Below are positions 19,593-28,639 of a stretch of DNA of 64,000 nucleotides, in pieces. Where the stretch lies: assembly GCA_963721455.1 (NCBI GenBank), contig CAVRJG010000003.1:45300-109299 (forward strand), written 5' to 3'. Numbering within the stretch: position 1 is the stretch's first letter; the number at the start of each line of letters is the position of its first letter. The position numbers and the translations under genes are program-made. The DNA comes from an uncultured Methanosarcinaceae archaeon. Its GTDB lineage: Archaea; Halobacteriota; Methanosarcinia; Methanosarcinales; Methanosarcinaceae. The notes under the pieces were generated by a model. It did not search any database. It saw only the letters and a program-made list of their open reading frames with translations, and was not told the DNA's origin.

Positions 19593-20402
19593 TCAATAAG
19601 GCTCATCCGGGTTGTACTTTAAATCGGTTACGGTTACATCAATATATTCCAAATCGCCTTCTTTCAAATTCCAGACACCTGCCCCTTTTAGAGGGAGTTT
19701 CAGCCCTTCAAATTCACCATATTCCCGAATTGGAGTGGACCAATTTTCTAATTCAAATTTATTGCTGCCCATATCTCGATAACGCGGGGCTATGAAGTTT
19801 GTCAATTTCCCTTCCTCGTCAAAATACATTGTCGCTGTTACACTTTTGCCCGTATCCCGCAACGTTACTCTAGCTGAATTAGCATCAATGGATTCGAAAG
19901 AAACATTCTTTCCCAAAAAAGCCGACGGGAACCACATCATTTCGTTAAGGTAACGCATCATTGCTCCCTGATCCATTTCCTTACCTGCAGAATTCGCAAC
20001 TGTGAATAATGAAAGCGCCTTCACCAGGATATTTCCCCTGCCCTCCATGTAAAAATCCCTCACCCGCACCAGTGGCAAACCAAAAAATTTCATATATGCA
20101 ATCCACACGAAACAGGGAGGGCTTACGGAATAATATTCTTTAGCTTCAAAGTTCATCCAGGGCTGTTTGGCGTCTTTTCGAATTTTTCCCACCTGCTTAA
20201 GCCGTACCGTTTGAACGGTCGGCTTGCCAACCACCCCGGTATACACGAGATATCTTTTTACCGGTTCTGGCAGTTTTTGCAACATCTCTTCAGTGACTAT
20301 GACCTGTTTTTGTTCCCGGCGTTGCGTAAATACTTTATCTATCTCCTTGCTAAGGCTCAATGAGGCAACAAAAAATATATTTGAAGCAATGGCTTTTAAC
20401 AT
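19593..20402 (-). CDS. Conserved hypothetical protein (DUF6544-like)
   Basis: LPEPVKRYL, RYLNEMMWFPSA, GLKLP motifs recalled for this family. Confidence 0.6.
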   Translation of the reverse strand: MLKAIASNIFFVASLSLSKEIDKVFTQRREQKQVIVTEEMLQKLPEPVKRYLVYTGVVGKPTVQTVRLKQVGKIRKDAKQPWMNFEAKEYYSVSPPCFVWIAYMKFFGLPLVRVRDFYMEGRGNILVKALSLFTVANSAGKEMDQGAMMRYLNEMMWFPSAFLGKNVSFESIDANSARVTLRDTGKSVTATMYFDEEGKLTNFIAPRYRDMGSNKFELENWSTPIREYGEFEGLKLPLKGAGVWNLKEGDLEYIDVTVTDLKYNPDEPY

Positions 20403-20646
20403 ATTTTACCTCCCATTTGCATTTTTTCCAGTGAGCAAATTGGCGGTTTATATAACTCAAGGACACAGCCAGGTTTTGGAACTGATCTTTGAATTTTATA
20501 ATAAAGATTATCCGGTCACACAAAAAGTGCAATTTGTGAATGCAAGCTCAAGCATATGGTTCATAGATACCCGGCTGCGGTCCCTTCGGGTCAGAGGTCA
20601 GCATCAAGCTAATTTTCGAAAAATGACTTGCCCTGCAACTTTTTAA

Positions 20647-22242
20647 CCTGAGTTTGACAGATAAATAAAAATAAGTGCTCTTTATTTTGTTTTATTCGGT
20701 CCAATGAATATAAAAACAAAAATAAGAGCATTCCCAACTATTCCTAACAAGAATAAATGTGTTTCTATCGGATCGATGCTTGCTGTTCAATACTTTTATG
20801 AAAAACTTAATTTTTCTGATGTTTTTAGCAAGCATAAAAGTAAGGGTTTAGATCTCAATAGTTTATTAATTGGCTTGGTGAGCTATAAGCTCACCGAGAA
20901 TTTTAGCATCAAGGAAGCTAGTAAATGGTTAAATCAGAAAGAAATTCTCGAGATTTTGAACCTCAAGAGTTTTCATGAAAAAGTTCTTTACAGGACTCTT
21001 GAGATCCTCGGACGTAATAAGGAGATAATTCTCGCGGAGATCTTAGATAATCTGTTTTCTGTTTATGGTTTTGGAGAGACTGATATAAACCTTGACTGGA
21101 CTAGTATAGTTCTTCACGGAACTAAATCCAAGCTTGGTAAGTACGGATATAGCAGGGATCATAGACCTGATAAGTTGCAGATAACAGTTGGAGTCAGTGA
21201 ACTCAGAAAACCAATTAACATCCCTATTGGAATTACAGTTAATAGAGGAAACGTTCTTGATCTGCAACATTTTCCTGAGACTTATAACCAGGTAAAGAGA
21301 AATCTCAAAAAAGGATCTCTTATTGTCTTTGATAAAGGTGCAAATACAGTTGACAACATTAAGCTAATACAGGAAGATAAGATGACATATCTTACTTCCA
21401 TGAAACTGAACGCAAGCGACGATAAAATCATTGTGAATTTTGATAAAGATAAAGCAGAGCTAATAGATTCTGAAAAAAGTATTTATGGGATTAAGATCGT
21501 CAAGCCAAATAGCATTAAGTATTTTTATTTCTCAGAATCACTACAAGAGAAACAGTTGGAAGCAAAGGCAAGAACTGTTCTTAAGAAGTTACAGGAAGCA
21601 AAAGAGATACAAGAAATAATTGTTAAAAACAAAAAGCTTCCCAAGAAATTCAGAATCAACAATGAGTTGATTGAGATTGACTACTCTTTTACAACTAAGC
21701 TCGAAGAGCTTAGTGATGATGAAGCAATAGAACTTCTGAAAAACTCGATAATTAATGGAAGAGAAGGATTTTTCTGCCTTAAATCAAACAAGAATTTGAC
21801 ACTTGAGAAGGCATTAGAAATATATCGAGAGAAGGACTCTATCGAGAAAATATTCAACTCATTGAAAAACGAATTACAGATTAAGCCGTTAAGGGTTTGG
21901 TCAGATAGTAGCATTTATGGAGCTGTTCTCTTAGGATTTATTGCTCAGTTGTTCATATCGCTGATGCGATATGAATTTGAGGAAATCAGGCATAAGTCCA
22001 CAAAATTCATCAAAAAAAGCTTAAAGAATTTGACACTTACAATAAAGTTCGTGAAAAACGGGGTCAAAAATCATATTTTTGCGAATTTTGATAAAATCAA
22101 TAGCTTAATAGTAGCAAAAATGGGCACTATTCCCTAGAATTTATTATAAAATTCGATGGATTCATAACCTCCTGTCAAACTAATTTGAGCTAAAAATAGA
22201 ACAGATTTTCAATATCAATTAGTGAATACTGTCAAATTAAGG
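20647..22242 (+). mobile_element. IS1634-family insertion sequence
   Basis: TIRs CCTGAGTTTGACAG / CTGTCAAATTAAGG, 6-bp TSD TTTTAA on both sides. Confidence 0.92.
20704..22137 (+). CDS. IS1634-family DDE transposase, intact ORF
   Basis: LDWTS, GYSRDHRPDK.Q, VFDKG, Y..KD.IEK.F..LK motifs. Confidence 0.92.
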   Translation: MNIKTKIRAFPTIPNKNKCVSIGSMLAVQYFYEKLNFSDVFSKHKSKGLDLNSLLIGLVSYKLTENFSIKEASKWLNQKEILEILNLKSFHEKVLYRTLEILGRNKEIILAEILDNLFSVYGFGETDINLDWTSIVLHGTKSKLGKYGYSRDHRPDKLQITVGVSELRKPINIPIGITVNRGNVLDLQHFPETYNQVKRNLKKGSLIVFDKGANTVDNIKLIQEDKMTYLTSMKLNASDDKIIVNFDKDKAELIDSEKSIYGIKIVKPNSIKYFYFSESLQEKQLEAKARTVLKKLQEAKEIQEIIVKNKKLPKKFRINNELIEIDYSFTTKLEELSDDEAIELLKNSIINGREGFFCLKSNKNLTLEKALEIYREKDSIEKIFNSLKNELQIKPLRVWSDSSIYGAVLLGFIAQLFISLMRYEFEEIRHKSTKFIKKSLKNLTLTIKFVKNGVKNHIFANFDKINSLIVAKMGTIP

Positions 22243-22244
22243 TT

Positions 22245-22439
22245 TTAATAGATTTCCTTAACTCTTCCGACCTGACCATTCGTTAACTGGACTTTTATCC
22301 CATGCGGATGAGTCGAAGAATTGGTTAAAATCCTCTTTACAACGCCCTGGGTTATTTTCCCGGTTTTCTGGTCTGCTTTTAAGACAATTCCTACGTTTAA
22401 CCCTTCTTTAATGTTTGCTCTTATACTGCCGTTGTTCAT
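22245..22439 (-). CDS. YwbE family (DUF2196) small protein
   Basis: IVLKADQKTGKIT.G.V..ILT.S..HPHGIKV.L..GQVGRV pattern. Confidence 0.85.
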   Translation of the reverse strand: MNNGSIRANIKEGLNVGIVLKADQKTGKITQGVVKRILTNSSTHPHGIKVQLTNGQVGRVKEIY

Positions 22440-22493
22440 GGCAGAAGGTAAATTTGGGACTATATAAATCAGTACGTTCTTAAAAAAATTAAA

Positions 22494-22956
22494 TTGGAAT
22501 TTAATGAAAGTGCAGCCTTACTGCTGTATCCCGAACGTTCTCGGATCACTCCAAACAGAGAGATTATTTCGTCTTACTATTTGATGAATGCATTAAGCGG
22601 CGCTGCAATAGTCAAAGAGCAAATTGATAACCAGATTAGAGGACAAACACGCCCTGGAATAAACGGAAAAATTCTAAAATCGACTTCAATCCTCCTCCCC
22701 TCTCCCCGAACAGCAAGAAATAGTTCGTCGTGTTGATGCACTCTTTGCCTTTGCCGATTCGATTGAAGCAAAAGTTGCAGCGGCAAGAGAAAGGACTGAA
22801 AAACTAAGGCAGTCCATTCTTGCAAAGGCTTTTTCAGGTGAACTTGTAGAGACAGAGGCTGAGATTGCAAGAAGGGAAGGCAGGGATTATGAGACGGCTG
22901 AGGTTTTGCTTGAAAGGATAAAAACAGAAAAAGGGAAAAACGAGACAAAAAGATAA
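22494..22956 (+). pseudogene. hsdS: 3' fragment of a type I R-M specificity subunit, frameshifted
   Basis: Shifted frame gives PEQQEIVRRVDALFAFADSIE...LRQSILAKAFSGELV...AEVLLERIK. Confidence 0.8.
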
Positions 22957-23143
22957 TGTTAGTGCTTTTTTGAGTTCAATATCTTCTCTTATTATATTTC
23001 GGGAACGCCGGCTGCAAAGCAGCCGGTGAGAGCATGGGTACCCAAAATCAAAATTTAAAACCACTTTAAGACACTGAAGAGTTAATTCGACAAGCATCAA
23101 AAAAGCTTGAAACAAAGTATCTCTCTAGAAAAAAGTCTGGTTT

Positions 23144-23416
23144 TCACAGGCGGCCATACTTTTTATGCGCCTGCTCGGCAGTGAGGATATCAAAGACGTA
23201 AACCTTCTTTTTGTCTTTGTCAATCCTGTAGAAGATTCGATAGCTTCCGACTCTCAAACGATATGCCGAATCTCCGGTTCCCTTGATTTCTTTTTTATTG
23301 CTTCCCTCACCCGGGAATGGGTTACTCAGCTCTTTAATTGCGGATTTAATATTGTCTTTAAATTCGGGAGGGATTTTTTCAAAAAGTGCGGGGATTACAA
23401 GAACATCAAAGCTCAT
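23144..23416 (-). CDS. RelE/ParE family toxin
   Basis: YRLRVGSYRIFY motif, 90 aa, overlaps the upstream acidic small gene. Confidence 0.85.
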   Translation of the reverse strand: MSFDVLVIPALFEKIPPEFKDNIKSAIKELSNPFPGEGSNKKEIKGTGDSAYRLRVGSYRIFYRIDKDKKKVYVFDILTAEQAHKKYGRL

Positions 23417-23600
23417 CTATGCTCACAAACTCGTCGATGTGTTCTTCTACTACTCGTTTGCTGTGTTCAACGAGTTTGTTTCTGTTGTGTTCCCGGATCA
23501 GATTCTCGATGACCACATTATAATCATCGCCCATTGACCCTATAGCACGCAACTCGTCTCGAGTTTGTTTTTTTACCTGTATGGTGGTAGTTTCAGTCAC
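23406..23600 (-). CDS. Putative antitoxin
   Basis: 64 aa, TTTIQV..TRDEL...YNVVIENLI, acidic C-terminus, coupled to the toxin; TAGCGGCTA palindrome in the upstream region. Confidence 0.75.
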   Translation of the reverse strand: MTETTTIQVKKQTRDELRAIGSMGDDYNVVIENLIREHNRNKLVEHSKRVVEEHIDEFVSIDEL

Positions 23601-23881
23601 ATTATTTGCTATAGCGGCTATAGTATTTATAGCTTATATTTCAAAATCTCAATGTTTGTACGGGCAAATATCCCTTCCTTAAAAACCTAAACCGTTAGGC
23701 GAAGATTAGGAGGAGTAGTTCTTTATTTTAGTAGTTCATTATTATAATAATCTCAAGTAGGAGTATCACAGCCATTAATGCCAGCAATTTTCTGATTTTT
23801 TCGGCTTACACCTCTTGAAAGGGTGCCATAGCTGTGATCGTTCCTCAAGAGTAAAAAGAGACTTTATAAAGGGGGAGTACC

Positions 23882-24061
23882 ATGAAAACAAGCACTGAGG
23901 ACCAGATTGAAGGCAAGCTTCGAAAAGCAAAGGGTGAGATCAAGGAGACGGCAGGGGATCTGAGCAATAATCCCGATTTGGAAGCTGAAGGTATAGTTGA
24001 AAAGGCAGAAGGCAAGGCACAGGAAAAGAAAGGTCAAATCAAGAAAGTGCTGGGAAAGTAA
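23882..24061 (+). CDS. csbD: CsbD family stress protein, 59 aa
   Basis: MKTSTEDQIEGKLRKAKGEIKETAGDLSNNPDLEAEGIVEKAEGKAQEKKGQIKKVLGK*; GGGGGAG upstream; below the ORF-track cutoff. Confidence 0.85.
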   Translation: MKTSTEDQIEGKLRKAKGEIKETAGDLSNNPDLEAEGIVEKAEGKAQEKKGQIKKVLGK

Positions 24062-24265
24062 AAGAGCTGCGTATCATGCACCTGCATTCAGCCGCCTGAT
24101 TCCTTATATGTTCTAATGCCCGGGTTGTGAATTTGATAGATCCTGATGAGGTGTGATCGTTGATATCGATCATATCAATCATGCTGACCCTCCATAAATA
24201 ATACTTAGGGAACATGATGATATCTTTTCAACCCTGAGCTAAATCTTTTTGGCTTACCCTCAGGA

Positions 24266-24450
24266 ATTAAGGTACGGAGCAAGCGAGGATAGAGCCTGTG
24301 CCCTTCGATACTCGGATCTAATCCCAATGCCAGATTAAAGGCTTTTTCTGGAGAACTTGTTGAGACAGAGGCCGAGATTGCAAGAACGGAAGGCAGGGAT
24401 TATGAGACGGCTGAGGTTTTGCTTAAGAAAATAAAGGAAGAGAGGATGAA
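24266..24450. pseudogene. Chimeric fragment: 3' end of the 25681-27060 gene family joined to an hsdS 3' piece
   Basis: 24266-24348 aligns with 25699-25782; 24337-24450 aligns with 22824 onward; shared 12-mer AAAGGCTTTTTC. Confidence 0.8.
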
Positions 24451-24554
24451 GAGTGGAAAAAACGACAAATGTCGTACTGTAATAAAGCGATAAAAATAGA
24501 AGTGAGTGCTGGAACCCATTCCAGCACGACTTTTGCCTTTTCCCAAACTTTTTC

Positions 24555-24893
24555 TCACAAAAGTTTGCATTCATCTATGAAGCGTGTTATTTCCCGGTCT
24601 GCGGTCACACAGGTAATGAAAGCAGGTTTTCTCGTAATTTTGAGAGTAAGATCGGACTTTCCATCCCAATCGAAACTTCCGGTAATCCCTTTTCCCGAAA
24701 GTTCTCCTTTGTTTCCCGGAGGAACGTCGATGCCGTAGTCCTGGAGCTTTGTTTTCATACATTCAAACGTATCAGGTGTAACATCAGAAACCGTTACGGG
24801 ATCACAACTTTTCTCCCCGATCTGTGCTTGGGCAGATCCAAGAGAAAAAACTAAGCATATCAATAGCAGAGAAACTATCAATTTCAGATTCAT
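24555..24893 (-). CDS. Small secreted four-Cys protein (paralogue A)
   Basis: Signal peptide ending AQA; strongly similar to 25010-25351. Confidence 0.8.
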   Translation of the reverse strand: MNLKLIVSLLLICLVFSLGSAQAQIGEKSCDPVTVSDVTPDTFECMKTKLQDYGIDVPPGNKGELSGKGITGSFDWDGKSDLTLKITRKPAFITCVTADREITRFIDECKLL

Positions 24894-25009
24894 TCTTTAC
24901 CCCATATGCGAATTCAGCTATTCATCAAAATCATCAGTAAAAACTTCTATCTTTCTCGTAACAACTTCTATCTTTCCTGTAAATACTTCTACTTCTCTTC
25001 CTTTTTCCC

Positions 25010-25351
25010 TCACGGACCTTTGCATTCGTCTACGAATAGTATTAATCTCTCGTCTGCAGTCTCACAACTGACTGAAAAAGGTTTTTCCTTGATTATGATG
25101 GTAAGCTCGGACTTTCCATCCCATTCGAAACTTCCGGTAATCCCTTTTCCCGAAAGTTCTCCTTTGTTCCCTGGAAGGACATTGATGCCGTAGTTCTGAA
25201 GCTTTGTCTTCATGCACTCAAATGCATCAGGTGTAACATTAACAAACTTTATGGGTTTACAACTTATCTCTTCATTCTGCTGTGCTTGAGCGAGTCCCAG
25301 AGAAAAAACTAAGCATACCAATAGCAAAGAAACCATCAATTTAATTTTCAT
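25010..25351 (-). CDS. Small secreted four-Cys protein (paralogue B)
   Basis: Shares FECMKTKLQ.YGI.V.PGNKGELSGKGITGSF.WDGKS with paralogue A. Confidence 0.8.
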   Translation of the reverse strand: MKIKLMVSLLLVCLVFSLGLAQAQQNEEISCKPIKFVNVTPDAFECMKTKLQNYGINVLPGNKGELSGKGITGSFEWDGKSELTIIIKEKPFSVSCETADERLILFVDECKGP

Positions 25352-25680
25352 TCTTTATCCTCCCCACATGCGAATTTGATCCTTCAATTCAGCCGAATAC
25401 AAATGCGCAGTTAAATAATAGAATAATAAAAATAAATTAAGATAAAAAATTAAATATATATCGATTTAATATAAATTAGTTAATTATATGTGCCGGCTTA
25501 TAAATATTTAATCTCTATTAACTATAAGATCTTGTCCGGTTTTCAGAATTAGCAGAAACTTTGAAGAATATCTAGCTGCTTTTGAATCCGAATTCAGATT
25601 TGTTCCCCTATTTTTATCTGTTTCTTAAAATTTATAAAGTTATTTTAAGACCGTACCCGAGTCAAAGTTTTTTCCATAAC

Positions 25681-27060
25681 TTATTCTCTTTCTGGCTCAT
25701 TAAGATACGGAGCAAGCGAGGAAAGAGCCTGTGCCCTTCGATATTCCGACTGAATCCCGGATGCCAGATTAAAGGCTTTTTCAAGGATTTCTTTTTGTCT
25801 GGATTCGTCCAGATATGGAAGAATAAATGAAAGGGCTTCAGGCCTCATGTCTCTATCTTTAAGATTGGAAGCTAATTCAAGGGCCTGTTCTAGAATTTCT
25901 TCTTTTCTTTGCTCATTCAGGTGTGGGACAAGAAAAGAAAGAACCTGTACCCTTTGATACTCGGATTGAATCCCGAATGCCAGCTCAAGGGCTTTTTCCA
26001 TAAGCTCTTCATTTCTTGACCCGTACAGATGCGGGACAAGCGAGGAAAGGATCTGGAACTTTGCATCTCCGTATTTAAGGTGAGAGGCGAATTCAAAGAT
26101 ATTTTCAAGAAGTTCTTCTTTTCCCTGCCCTCTCAGATGACTGGCAAGCGAAGAAAGGACCAAAGCTCTTTCGTCTTCATCCTGAATATTGGAGGCAGAG
26201 TAAAGGGCTTTTTCTATAAGTTCTATCTTTCCTGGGCCCTCCAGAATCGGAACAAGCAGGGAAAGGACCTCTGATCTTATATCTCCATATTGAATCCGGG
26301 AGGCAAAGTTAAGGGCCTTTTCCATAATTTCTTCTTTTTCTGGTCCCTCCAGCTGAGAGACAAGCGCCAAAAGAGCCTTTGCTCTTTGAGACTCGTTTTG
26401 AATTTCAACATCTATTTGTGTAATTCCTGCAATTTTTGCCATTCGTATCGCAATGGCACTACCATCTTCGATTGTAACTCTCTGGTCAAGTTGAATGTGC
26501 GTATAATGTTGACGCGGCTTTCCGGCACTGGCATCGTTTCCGGTTGTAACTCTCCGGCCAGAGGCAGTCTTTTCAGTATCCGGCACTTCGAACTGCTCTA
26601 AATCCTGAACAGTACTGTTTTTTGCTATGAATCCTTCAAGCAACTTATTAAATTCTTCAAGCACTTTATTTTTGTCAATTGAATTCTGTATTATATTGAC
26701 CGAACTATCTTCGGCCATCATCCTCTGTATTGCGTCGTTTTCCATAAATGATGAAATTTCTTTAGCTAAATCAGGATTCTTTTCAAACGAGTTTAGAATT
26801 TCCTGAGTCAAAATCTGCTTTACTTCCGGATCAGAAGGTGCAACAACCATATTTCCTGCGGTTCCTTTCAACTCAGAACATTCTCTCGAACACAGTTTTT
26901 CCCACAGTTTTTTCTTAATCTCCCAAACCTCAGGGCCTACTTTTTTGCCAGCCTCTTCAGCCGCTTTTTTAGACCCGATGACCAGATAAAGAATTACAGG
27001 TTCGATAAAATCTGTTACTTTTTGTGCCAGTTGCTTCATTCTTACATCCTGTTGCCGCAT
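25681..27060 (-). CDS. Alpha-helical repeat protein (~38-aa repeats in the C-terminal half)
   Basis: Repeated EKALE.AS.IQ.E..RA.vLS.L.PHL units. Confidence 0.75.
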   Translation of the reverse strand: MRQQDVRMKQLAQKVTDFIEPVILYLVIGSKKAAEEAGKKVGPEVWEIKKKLWEKLCSRECSELKGTAGNMVVAPSDPEVKQILTQEILNSFEKNPDLAKEISSFMENDAIQRMMAEDSSVNIIQNSIDKNKVLEEFNKLLEGFIAKNSTVQDLEQFEVPDTEKTASGRRVTTGNDASAGKPRQHYTHIQLDQRVTIEDGSAIAIRMAKIAGITQIDVEIQNESQRAKALLALVSQLEGPEKEEIMEKALNFASRIQYGDIRSEVLSLLVPILEGPGKIELIEKALYSASNIQDEDERALVLSSLASHLRGQGKEELLENIFEFASHLKYGDAKFQILSSLVPHLYGSRNEELMEKALELAFGIQSEYQRVQVLSFLVPHLNEQRKEEILEQALELASNLKDRDMRPEALSFILPYLDESRQKEILEKAFNLASGIQSEYRRAQALSSLAPYLNEPERE

Positions 27061-27554
27061 TTTTTCATCCTTCTATTTTAAAAATGTTATATTCTTCTTT
27101 TTATAGTTTAGTTCCAAAGTATACTGATAAAAGCAGGTGTAATACCTGCATCGGAGTATATAATTCAATAATTATGATATTAATTCAATAATTATAATAT
27201 GAGTTCCTGATCAAAAAATTCCTAAACAACATAAATCAAACAATAATATAATATAACAAATACAATGAGATAAACACTAACTTTAAAAACTTTTCTGAGA
27301 TACTTTAGCAAAAAACACGAGTATTAGAGATTCCAAAGCTGGGTACCAATTACAACTGAAGATACAATAAAGGTGATTGATATTGCTTTTGCCTTTATTT
27401 TGGCAGGGCAGATTAGATCGTAAAATTCACTAAAAAAGGAATTGAAGCACCTTCTGTTCTATTTTTCATTTTCCGGAAAAGGCTGGTTTCCTTCATCGGT
27501 TATTGAGAATCCCGGAAACCAAAAACCAAAAATCAAAACTGCGTGCGGCCTCTG

Positions 27555-28343
27555 TCATACTTCTTTTACTTCTCTGGACAGGCCTTTGTAGTAAGTATAG
27601 AGGTCTTCTCCCCAGTTGAGGGCGTCTGGGTCAAAGCATATGATATCGTTTACATGGTCGTAGACGCCGTCGTTGTAGAAGAGGCCGAGAGAAAAGAAGC
27701 AGTTTGTTACTGCGCTTGAGAGAAGCATTTCTTTATCGTATACGTAGACGTGGGCGTTGTCCAGGGCCAGGAACCTCTCCACTTCACTCCTGAATTCCGT
27801 TCTCATCCTGTCAAAAACGGATTCTGTCAAGATAAGGGATACGTCTATGCCTTTTTCTGCAAAACTAAGGAACATTTTTGGGTACAGTGGATGGATAAAA
27901 GGGGAAATGCCTTTTACGAATTCGGATTTTGCAATATTTTCCACAAATTCAGTGTGGGGCGAAAACATGCTGCTCTCGTCCAGGGGTCTGGCAAAGGTGC
28001 TGCATTTCAGGTCACTTATTCTATTTAATAAATGAGCGGGTATGCCGTCAAGCCTGTGGCTGTTCCAGAAATCATATTTGCTCTCAAGGGTTTCTATAGT
28101 ATCGACCAGAGGCTGCATTTTTTCAGCTACTACTTCCCCTATTAGAGTAAGTTCGTATTCATCCTTCTTCCGGTGCAGGAGGCGTTTTTCTTTAAGCAGC
28201 TTTATTTGCGGATAAACCGAAGTTAGACTGCTATGCAGGGAACTTACAATCTCCTCCATGCTTTTTGGGCCTTCCCTCAGTAATAGAAGAATTTTCTTCC
28301 TCTTCTCAGAAGAGAAAACAAGGTCAAGATAAGATGTTTCCAT
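27555..28343 (-). CDS. Winged-HTH transcriptional regulator (DUF1724 type)
   Basis: FSSEKRKKILLLLREGPK, YELTLIG, FWNSH.L.GIP.HLL.RI, AL.WGE.LY..Y. Confidence 0.85.
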   Translation of the reverse strand: METSYLDLVFSSEKRKKILLLLREGPKSMEEIVSSLHSSLTSVYPQIKLLKEKRLLHRKKDEYELTLIGEVVAEKMQPLVDTIETLESKYDFWNSHRLDGIPAHLLNRISDLKCSTFARPLDESSMFSPHTEFVENIAKSEFVKGISPFIHPLYPKMFLSFAEKGIDVSLILTESVFDRMRTEFRSEVERFLALDNAHVYVYDKEMLLSSAVTNCFFSLGLFYNDGVYDHVNDIICFDPDALNWGEDLYTYYKGLSREVKEV

Positions 28344-28639
28344 TCCTGTTTCCTCTTTTAAGCTGGCAACTATCACTTTTAATATCTGAAACAAAATTCG
28401 ATTTTGTAATTCTATAGTTGCTCTGAATCACAATAACCAATATATTTTGAATTGAATATGAAGTTTTACGTTTTGATCCGATAATTATCAGGCTGAGTTT
28501 CATTTTACGGCTTTTCAGGTTTTGTGCCCAGTGTTTTTTACTTCCGGATAAAATATAAAATCAATAGCTATAAGAGGAGACCTGCCAGATTGAGATACAA
28601 GAAATAAAAAGGGAATAAAATAGCAGTTGGTGGAAATTC

